Of a stretch of DNA of 64,000 bases, positions 30,301 to 38,400 are shown in pieces. The stretch is from Verrucomicrobiia bacterium (lineage in GTDB: Bacteria; Verrucomicrobiota; Verrucomicrobiia; Limisphaerales; UBA1319). A model generated the notes under the pieces. The model was not told the origin of the DNA and did no database searches. It saw only the letters and a program-made list of their open reading frames with translations. The position numbers and the translations under genes were made by a program. The first letter of the stretch is position 1, and each line of letters opens with the position of its first letter. The stretch spans positions 1,248,001-1,312,000 of the forward strand of contig OY760937.1 of the NCBI GenBank assembly GCA_963664225.1, read 5' to 3'.

Positions 30301-32341
30301 GGATGTGGTGGTCCAGGAAGGAAAGGGGTTTGCCCGGTTCCATGGCTTCGAGCCAAAGGGTGACTTTGCACAGTTCAACGGCCATGGGGTTGATGTCCAC
30401 GCCATATAGACAGTGGCCGATAACGTCGCGCAAGGCGGTCTGGTAGAGCAATGGGGAGGGTTCGCTCTCGCCCTGGGCCATGGCGCGCACGCGGGCAAGG
30501 TGCCGGGCCAGCCGGTGACCCGCGCCGACGAGGAAGTGACCGGAGCCGACGGCTTTGTCGCAGACTTTGATGGCCAGGATGGCTTCTTCCGAGAGTTTCC
30601 ACCGCCGGGGCGTAGGCGAAACGGAATCCCAGGCACGCTTCCGCTCCTCAGTCGTGGCGGTTTTGGATGCTCCGGCGTGTTTGGTGAGGAAGGCGAGGAC
30701 GTAGGTGCGCTTGGCCGCGTCAGTCTGGATTTCCTTTTCGACGGCAGTCCAGTCGGCTTTCGCGAGACGCTCGGCGTCCGCCAGACGTTCGTTGACCACA
30801 GGGTCGAGCGCGGAATCGAGGAGGCATTGAACGAGGCTGTCGGGCGTGTAGTAGGATCCAGAGGTCTTGCGGTCGTTACCGGCGAATTCGGCGAAGGTGA
30901 ACCGCGCTCCGTCGCCGCTGATTTGCGGCGTCAGGGCGAGAAAGCTTTCATACACGCCGCCGAACTCCTCCGAACCGAGATTCTTGTAGTCCACGGGGCG
31001 GAGGATTTTGTCCTTGCGGATGAACGCGAGGTTGCGGAGCGCATCGAGGAAATCAACGTTGGAGAGTTCTGTCCCTGGGGTGCTCAGTCCCGACCCGTTC
31101 AGGAGCGCAGTGGAAGCGGGATTCCAGAGCATGCTGCCAAGCGATGGCAGCGAGAGAGCGCTGCGCGTGGCAGCGAAACGGTCTTCCCCCGAAAGCGCAC
31201 CGACCAGGAGTTGGAATTGACGCCAGAGATCGCCGTGGCGGCTGCCCTTGATGCGGGAGGAGAGTTCGCGGAGACGGCTGGTGCTGTAATGCGCGGCGTA
31301 ACGTTCACGGGCGAGGCGGGCTGGGTCGGATTTGTTCTGCGGGTGCAGAAGGGAGATGCCTTCGAGTTCACGGTCTTCGGCAACGAAGAGGAAGATAAGC
31401 CGATAGACGATGCGCAAAAGCTGACCGTGAAAATCCTTTAGGCTGACAGTGCCGTTGCGGAGGGCCTCGCGCAGATGGCTGTTCCTGGGATGGCTAACAA
31501 AGCCCTGGCCGAGAATTTCAAGCGCCTTTTCAACACCGCCGCGCAAGTCGGTGAGCGCGGCAACGCCTTGTTCAGCGGCTTCCTTGCTCCATGTTTCGAG
31601 CCAGCACGCCTGCGGCGAGCCGCCATCGGGGCGGCCATGTTCGCGCGGCAGGAATCGAGTAGCGTGGGCGATGAGCCAGAGAAGCACGAAGTCGGAATAG
31701 ACTTCGCCGTCGAACATGGCTTCGAGGTCGAATTCCAGGAAGGATTGACGCGAGAGAGCCTGGTTGTCGCGCAGGATGCGGAAAGAAATACCGTTGGAGA
31801 CGATGGCCCAAAGGTGGGCGGAGCTGCGGTTGAGAAATTCCTGAACGAGTCCGTGGGGATTTGATTGAGCTGCGCCGCGAACACCGGCCGCGCGATGGTC
31901 GAGGCTGACGCCACAGCCAACAAGATGAATGGCGGTATTACCGGCAAAGCGGCTGATCGCGTAAGTCTTGCCATCAATGGTCGGACCGGCAGTGGTGGTG
32001 AGAAAGCCGAAACCGAGTTCGCGCAATAGGGGCAACGACCATTTATCGTTGGTCAGGCCGGTGAGGGCTTCGGCCGGGAACGAGGGACCAGATCGCTGAT
32101 CGCTAATGGCCGATGGGGAAATGAGGGGGGCCGCAGCGCGGAATTCGGCCCAGTGACGGCGCAGGCGATTCCAGCTTTGGGTGATCGCTTCATTGATTCG
32201 TTCGCCAGCAGGCAGACCGTAAGCTGCGGGTTCGACACCGGAGACTTTGGCTGCCGGGTCAACCAAACGCCGCAACAAGTCGGGCGGCAACAATCCGCCC
32301 TCGGAGCGGATGGTCTGAAAATCTGTGGTGCGGCGAGGCAT
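27386..32341 (-). CDS. Eco57I/type IIG-like N6-adenine methyltransferase (DrmMI/ArmB-like) with extra C-terminal domain
   Basis: RKTSGSYYTP, CDKAVGSGHFL (motif I), YGVDINP, LGNPPW (motif IV), target-recognition region. Confidence 0.92.
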   Translation of the reverse strand: MPRRTTDFQTIRSEGGLLPPDLLRRLVDPAAKVSGVEPAAYGLPAGERINEAITQSWNRLRRHWAEFRAAAPLISPSAISDQRSGPSFPAEALTGLTNDKWSLPLLRELGFGFLTTTAGPTIDGKTYAISRFAGNTAIHLVGCGVSLDHRAAGVRGAAQSNPHGLVQEFLNRSSAHLWAIVSNGISFRILRDNQALSRQSFLEFDLEAMFDGEVYSDFVLLWLIAHATRFLPREHGRPDGGSPQACWLETWSKEAAEQGVAALTDLRGGVEKALEILGQGFVSHPRNSHLREALRNGTVSLKDFHGQLLRIVYRLIFLFVAEDRELEGISLLHPQNKSDPARLARERYAAHYSTSRLRELSSRIKGSRHGDLWRQFQLLVGALSGEDRFAATRSALSLPSLGSMLWNPASTALLNGSGLSTPGTELSNVDFLDALRNLAFIRKDKILRPVDYKNLGSEEFGGVYESFLALTPQISGDGARFTFAEFAGNDRKTSGSYYTPDSLVQCLLDSALDPVVNERLADAERLAKADWTAVEKEIQTDAAKRTYVLAFLTKHAGASKTATTEERKRAWDSVSPTPRRWKLSEEAILAIKVCDKAVGSGHFLVGAGHRLARHLARVRAMAQGESEPSPLLYQTALRDVIGHCLYGVDINPMAVELCKVTLWLEAMEPGKPLSFLDHHIRCGNSLLGTTPELISVGLPDEAFDPIEGDDKEACASLKKLNRAQREGLRHLFIAEDTTLRDRMNQAAAAIDEMGDSRPEDIKCKEDAYRAEQSNFDFQKAWDLANLWCSAFVIKKHFLGGTSQISNLKLPAPSGPTETQAGLFGGTEEAPKAKKAKAGSRASLEVPIGITTQHLRDFVAGGALPDGLLAEAKRLADQYQFFHWHLAFPEVSAQGGFDVNLGNPPWDVQEVKDNEFFAASFPEILSVKSAKDKAAVLARIRASEPALWQSYQEYVRVTYGQRHFMAHSGGFPLSATGRMNLYRLFLEAGHTLVRPAGRVGIVLPSGFASDSFSQDHFSALHGEGRLVSLFDFENRLGLFPSVDSRYRFSLLTIGGHGACAETDFVFFAHSASDLADSWRHVLLSHHAVCALNPLSRTAPLFRSRHDYVLTLQMQKVGSIIGSSDGDHPWGIRPMLMFMMNAEMKGHRTAEELETAGCHLDGNRYVQDQEVWLPFYEGKMVGMYDHRAASIRFDPTNRVRRNQPVALSESQHEDAAQLALPMFWVNSASVAERCGGVPRWCLAVKDVTSSTNERTSIAAMLAGVALTDSLPWLGTEQAASMTACLLANLNSLPFDYVARQKVAGLHLRGHYLGQLPVIGLPQYEADCPWAHGVSRLNEWMLPRVLELTYTAWDLEAFAQDCDWSGPPFRWDEERRFMLRCELDAAFFHLYLGSEEEWRKNPAALTQAFPTPRDAVAYIMDTFPIVKRKDEAKCGTYRTKDTILEIYDALAESIRTSTPYQTRLDTPPADPLCCHPAKQVPIPKAIHPPSLQEVVAGFDFVLPSRRRPHINTPAEFYVTLIPALVQMAGDRLGYTELLEALTFLAAPPMSAVSLPTGASSVFGLWRSQFPSSLVDPKAFQAALHDLIVMRHALNIRPEENGHLIFKGLQWTAITFDWTLVDAKMALSHAAAAGTVTKPWLEAVPEEVLKLWAAA

Positions 32342-32617
32342 GGTCTAAGTGGTGAATGCCGAGTGGCGAATGCCGGGCGGCAAGTTGTCAGGCATGTGAG
32401 TCATTTCTGAGGCGTTGTCCTGCCGACGGTTCATACGGCCTTTCCTTTGCAGCCAGCCTCTTTTGTCATGAGATCGTTTAAGTCTCTAAGGAATGTTTTT
32501 AGGTTTCTTTGCTGTGCATTAAGGGCCAATTTGCGAAACGATGTCTCGTTCAGCCAGTCGCGCCAGATGGCATTGATGAAGATTCTCGGGCTATTCATGG
32601 TCGTTGGCACGATGCTC

Positions 32618-35464
32618 TCATCCTTGCAGGATGGGTAACAGTAAATACGCGCCGAGTATGTCCACCGGCAGGACGGGTTCGATTTGGACCTTGGCTTTGG
32701 CGCGCGAGGCTTCGCGCACACGGTCATGAGCCTTCAGTTGGAGAACGGCGCGGTGGGAGGCGATCTGGCCAAGGGCGATTTGGAAGTCAGGCAAACCACC
32801 GAGTAACAACGGGAGTTGCTGATCTACGAGCGAAGAATTGATGTTTGCATCCGGTCGCGCGCTAAGCAGGGCTTCGGCTTGTTCACCCTCGATCCATTGA
32901 GGTGACTGGGCGCTGCCATGGAACGCGAGTGGGACGATTTCCTCGCAAAGCAGGGTGAGATCTTCCGAGACGCGCGGCTTGAGATGGTAACGAAAGCGGA
33001 CGACCACGAGCGTGGTGCGGACATCGACGCGCCGGGTGCGGACAATGCCGCAACGAGCGGCCACGGGGGCAGCGTCACGGGCGGCGGGATCGAGCGCCTG
33101 ATCCAGCACCCAGCCGGCCAGTCCCTCGACCGCCGGGCTGGTGCGACCGAGGTAGATTTCACCGTCCTGCAAGGGGAGATCAAAGCGCCCAGCGAATTTC
33201 GTTTCCTGCTGGAGCGCCTGGCGTAAAGCGCGCGGCGTCTCCTTCTCGTGGACGCAAACCTCAATGGCTCTCATGGGCGCAGGTTTGATGGGCACATTAG
33301 CGATGGCCATGGCTTGACGAAAAAACAGTTCGACATCGGCAGGACTGCCGAGCGCCTGACGGACGGCGTTCATCTCGGCGGCGACCAGTTCGGGCTTGAG
33401 CGCATTCTGGGCGTAGCGGGAACGGCTTGCCTTTTCCTTGTCGCGGGCGTTTTCCCACTCGCGGTGGAGGGCTTCCTTGCGAGTTTGGGTGGCGGACTTG
33501 AAATCAAAGGTGAGCTGGTCGTTTGAGCTGCCAGCCATTTCGCGGAATAGGGCACCTTCGAACAGGGCTTCGGCAACTTCCTCGCTCGAACCGGGCACGG
33601 CGACGGAAACACCGAGGTCACTCTTGATGCTCTTGTGCTTACGGAGGAGCACGTCGAGGATGACCCCGTCAATGGGGTTGTCGCGGCCGTAGAAGGTGAG
33701 AACACGAACCTCGGGGGTTTTCTGGCCAAAACGGTCCACGCGGCCTTCGCGTTGCTCGTGACGGGTGGGATTCCAACACAGGTCGTAGTGAACGACGGCG
33801 TCGAACTCGCGTTGAAGGTTGATACCCTCGGAGAGGCAGTCAGTGCAGACAAGGACATGCTGGGGGGAGGAGGCGAGGACGGCGATGCGCGCTTCTCGCT
33901 CACTGGGCGGCAGCGTTCCCGTGACGGAGTCAACAGCGATGTTCTTGGCAAGCGCTTCCCGCAAGTGGCGGGCAACGTAGTCGGCGGTATCAATGAAACG
34001 GCAAAAGACGATGGGCTGAGAGCCAGCAGCGAGAAGGGCTTTGATGTGCCTGGTGGCTTCGATCAGTTTCTGGTCAGACTTGCCGGCCATCTCCTCTGCA
34101 CGACGCGCGAAGGCGAGCAGTTGACGCCGATTGGGTTCATCCTCGGTGCCTTCGGGGCTGGCCCCGGGTGTAAAGTCAGGAACTACCGGTTTATCATCTT
34201 CGGATTCATCCATGACCCGCTCGCGCCCGATTTGATTGACCTCTTCGACGGTCTGTCCTTCCTCCACGTCAGCACGATTGCGCAACGTGGCGACTGCGGC
34301 GGCAGGACTGGAAGAGAAGCAACGCAGCAAGGCGAGCGCAGACCAATATCTGACGCGCTGAGCACGTCGCTGCTGATCACCGGTGGTGACGAACTCGCGA
34401 GCGAATTGAATGACGTCGAGGAAAAGCTTTCGATATTCGGGGCTGAATGCGTAGGTTTCTTCTTTGTCCAATCGTGTTGGGAACGATGTGTCAGTGTCGA
34501 GGAACCGGCGGATGTCGGCACGGCGACGCTGGACCAGGTGAAGCGCGAGTTTCTTGCGAAGGCTTTCACGGGTGTCGAGTTCGATCTCGGAGGGAAGGTT
34601 CTCGAACTCGCTATCGAGCAGGCCCAGGAGAGAGCGGAAGGCCTGTTCGTTCCCACTATGCGGCGTGGCGGTGACGAGAACGACATGGCGCTCCGGCGAC
34701 TGGGTAATCTGGCGGATGAGTTCGTAGCGGAGTTGGCGACCAGCTCCCCTGCCGCCTGCCGGTGTGCAACCGTGGGCTTCGTCGACGATGACGAATTCCG
34801 GGCACTTGAGCGCGAAGTCGTCACGACGACCCTTGCCTTTGATGAAATCGGTGGAGACGATGACAAACGGATGGCGGTCGAACACGGAAACACCGATGGG
34901 TAGATCGCGCTCGAGACGCTGGATCGTGCTACTGAGTATCAACTCAGCTTCAAGGTGGAACTTGGAGGCAAGTTCCTTCTGCCATTGCTCGGCGAGGTGC
35001 GGCGGACAGAGCACGGCGAGAGTTTTAATTTCGCCCCGGTCGAGGAGCTCACGGGCGATCAGGCAAGCTTCGACCGTCTTGCCGATGCCGACGTCGTCAG
35101 CAATCAACAGGCGGATGGGGTCGAGGCGCAAGGCCATGATCAGTGGGACGAGCTGATAGGGGCGAGGGTCCACCGCGATGCGGCCAAAGCTGCGGAACGG
35201 ACCAGCGGCGGCCCGGGTGGAGATGCGGGCGGCATCACGCAACAAGGTGCCAGCTTGATAGTCGCCCAGGTCATTGCGCGTTGGGAAAGAGAAGGTCGCG
35301 CTTTGGACCGGCTCTACCGCCGGGAGCAGGCCGGTGACCTCTTCATCCAACCCGCCGACCGGGCGAAGCATCAATAAATCATCGGTCGAATCGGGCAGGA
35401 CAATCCATTCGCGTCCGCGCGCATGCACCAGAGTTCCTGGATTAGAAAGGGTTGCGACGCTCAT
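32618..35464 (-). CDS. SNF2-family helicase (DrmD/ArmA-like)
   Basis: PRPYQL, LLIADDVGIGKT, VDEAH, TATPH, SEGINLQ, QREGRVDRFGQ. Confidence 0.93.
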   Translation of the reverse strand: MSVATLSNPGTLVHARGREWIVLPDSTDDLLMLRPVGGLDEEVTGLLPAVEPVQSATFSFPTRNDLGDYQAGTLLRDAARISTRAAAGPFRSFGRIAVDPRPYQLVPLIMALRLDPIRLLIADDVGIGKTVEACLIARELLDRGEIKTLAVLCPPHLAEQWQKELASKFHLEAELILSSTIQRLERDLPIGVSVFDRHPFVIVSTDFIKGKGRRDDFALKCPEFVIVDEAHGCTPAGGRGAGRQLRYELIRQITQSPERHVVLVTATPHSGNEQAFRSLLGLLDSEFENLPSEIELDTRESLRKKLALHLVQRRRADIRRFLDTDTSFPTRLDKEETYAFSPEYRKLFLDVIQFAREFVTTGDQQRRAQRVRYWSALALLRCFSSSPAAAVATLRNRADVEEGQTVEEVNQIGRERVMDESEDDKPVVPDFTPGASPEGTEDEPNRRQLLAFARRAEEMAGKSDQKLIEATRHIKALLAAGSQPIVFCRFIDTADYVARHLREALAKNIAVDSVTGTLPPSEREARIAVLASSPQHVLVCTDCLSEGINLQREFDAVVHYDLCWNPTRHEQREGRVDRFGQKTPEVRVLTFYGRDNPIDGVILDVLLRKHKSIKSDLGVSVAVPGSSEEVAEALFEGALFREMAGSSNDQLTFDFKSATQTRKEALHREWENARDKEKASRSRYAQNALKPELVAAEMNAVRQALGSPADVELFFRQAMAIANVPIKPAPMRAIEVCVHEKETPRALRQALQQETKFAGRFDLPLQDGEIYLGRTSPAVEGLAGWVLDQALDPAARDAAPVAARCGIVRTRRVDVRTTLVVVRFRYHLKPRVSEDLTLLCEEIVPLAFHGSAQSPQWIEGEQAEALLSARPDANINSSLVDQQLPLLLGGLPDFQIALGQIASHRAVLQLKAHDRVREASRAKAKVQIEPVLPVDILGAYLLLPILQG

Positions 35465-38400
35465 GTGGAAGGGGTGCCGAATACATCCGGATGACGCGGG
35501 AAAATTTCGTTCCAGTCGGCCTTGTGGTGAAACCGGATGACGAGATAGCCCGTCTCCATCAGCCGCTGTGTGATGGCCTCGTCCTGTCGAATCTGGTCTG
35601 CCCCGTCATGGGGTGGTCCGTCAATGTAGATCGCCGCATTGTGTTCACGGTAGTAGAAGTCAGGGCGCGTGGTGCAGGATTCGATCAGGAATTGCGCATC
35701 GCTGGGCGGGCGGAGGAGCAAGGAATCAATGCGATCGAGCCAGCGCTTTTCCAACTGGCTATCGCAGCGCTTATGCAGGGCGGCCAGCCGTTCGGCGCGC
35801 GACCCGGCGCCACCTGCGGGGCAACAGACTGATCTTGCAAGATCCGAAAGAAGGTCGCGGATGAGATACCGGTTGAGATCCTTGTGGTCCGGCTGATTAA
35901 AATAATCGAGAAGGCACTCATAGCATGCCTTGCCACAGGTCTTGGCCCCCTTATCTTCGAGAGTGTCCGCATCGAAGTGGAGTATCTCAAGCGCACGCCT
36001 TGCCAATAGAGGAATCAAAGTGGGGTCTTCGGCGATCTGCCGCAACACGCCAGCACCACCCTCGGACGCTTCATAGAACAGGATTTCCTGCCGGTCTTTG
36101 GCTGATGGCATCGGCTCGCAGGAGAGTTCGCGCGGCTCAAGTTGGAAATGTTTGAGGATGGCCTGTTTGAAGGCAGATTGCAGGCTAGCCATTTCCGGGC
36201 CTGACCGGGCTGGCTCAATGCGCATGACGAGCGCGTTTTTGGTGTCTTTCACGTATGGCACCACGCGCTGAAGCCGACCTTGGGCGGTGGCATCGTCCTC
36301 GTCCTCATCATCGGCCTGGTTGCGTGACCAGTAGCCGCGTTCCAGGTCGAGATTGAAACCGGGCGGCTGGGTGCCCCGTTGATTGGCCCAACCCAGATTG
36401 ATGCGGTAAAGATCCGTGGCGTCCCCATAACTGAGACGCATCGCGAGGGTGTCACCGCAGTAAACCTCAGCGTCCTTGCGGTCCAGTTTGCCGCCGATTT
36501 CCGGAAAGCGGTAAGAGGTAACCAGTTTGTAACCGAAACGCTGACGCTCCTCTTCATCACAGGTGATGCGCTGGGCCATCTTGAGGCTGACGTTTTGCAG
36601 GTGAACGAGGTTGTCAATGCGGGCGGGACCATCGAGCGCGGCACCACAGCGATCACATACTTCGACCAAGTTTTTCCCCTGCTCCAAGTGAGCATAGCCG
36701 CATTTCGGACAACGCTTCATGGTGGCGGTCACCAAATCATGCGTCGCCTCGATATCGTCTGAGCCGAAGTCGAGGTTCACCTTGTAAACGCGGTAACGGG
36801 CACCTTCGTGATAGATGAGGGCGCGAGGGCCGAACTCGGAAATGGCCAGAAAACGAGGGCGGGAGACGAATTCATCGCGCCCCTTCCTTTTGCGGCGGCC
36901 TGGAACGTAAGCGGAAAGCGGTAAACGCGGAAAATTGTATCCAGGAAGGAAGCCTTCGGCGGCGAAATAGCGATAAGAATAGAAGTCACCTTCGTAGATG
37001 CTTTCAGCCTCTGTGAGCAGGCGAATCTGGCTCTCGGCCTGGGCGCGGAGACGGCGCGACTGGTTGCGCTCGGCCTCCGGTCTGGCATGGTCGCCGATGA
37101 TCTTGTGGTGCAGTTCGCGCTGACGTAACGCGGAGCGATAGAGCCCCCGCCAGCGGTCGCAAGCCGAATCGAAGGCTCGCTCGATCTGGTCAAGCACCTC
37201 CCGGGTCCAGTTTTCATGGAACCAGGCGGCTGTGGACAGGTCATCGCGAATGCTGGCAATGAGCGAGTTGGCTTTAGCCAAGGCGGATGCTCGGTGGATT
37301 GGATTCCGAAGTTCTTTCCCAAGGGCGTCCTTGACGGGCAACGGGATCTTGCCATCGGCAGCGGCCAGGTCGAGGACGGTGGCTAAGGTCTTGCCAAGGT
37401 CCGGTGTGGCGACTTCCATCCAAATGGCATGGACATGTGAACGGACCAGGTCGCGGTTGCGAATGTCGATGCGCGGGGGGGCAACGAAGCCGGCGACCAT
37501 CTGGTGCGGTTCGCGGAAGTAATATTGGTCGTGTGGGCTGCGTCCGGCACAATAGGTATAGACGAGTGCTGGCTGGCCGCCACGTCCGGCCCTGCCGCTG
37601 CGCTGGGCGTAATTGGCGGGGGTAGGCGGGACATTGCGGAGATTGACGAGGTTTAACTGGGCGATGTCCACGCCCAGTTCCATGGTCGGAGAACAAAAAA
37701 GCAGAGGCAGATCGCCAGTGCGGAAACGGTCTTCGCGGTCTTCGCGGTCTTCGGCTGTGACCTGGGCGGTATGCTCGCGCGCTTCCAAAACACACTTTAG
37801 GTCGACGAAGCTGCGATAGCACTCAACGAAGTATCGGTTGACCTCAGGCGGGATTTCACCCACCTCGAGCAGGCGAGTGCGGTCAAGCGGGCGAATCTCC
37901 CCTTGTGCCGGCAACCAGCGTAAGGCGTCGGCGTTGATCTGGTAGCCGGGGACCTCACCACTGCGGACTTGCTCAACGATTCCGTAGCGCTTAAGGGCGA
38001 GGAACAAAAACCGGATGGCTTGTTCCACTTCCGGCCGACCGAAATTTTGACCTTGCGGGACGTGTTGCCGCAATAAGCGTTTCACGTAACGACCATAGCT
38101 TCCATAGGAGGAGACGAAGAATCCGGTTCGATCCATCGGCTGCTTGGGACGCGGGTAAGCCACGACGGATTTCACCAGTTCGCGCGCATCCTCCAGATAC
38201 CAGACCGTATCCTCCAACAGCCTGGGCATGGTTTGTTCGACCAGGTCGAGCTGTTTTTGAGGATCGAGCACATCCACCTTTATGGCCAGCGATCGGCGAA
38301 GAACGTCAAGGAGGGTGCGAAGGAGTTCTTCGCGTAACTCGGGCTGGCAAGATTGCAACGGCGGAGGGGTCTCGATAAACTGTTCCACGTCACGGTCCAC

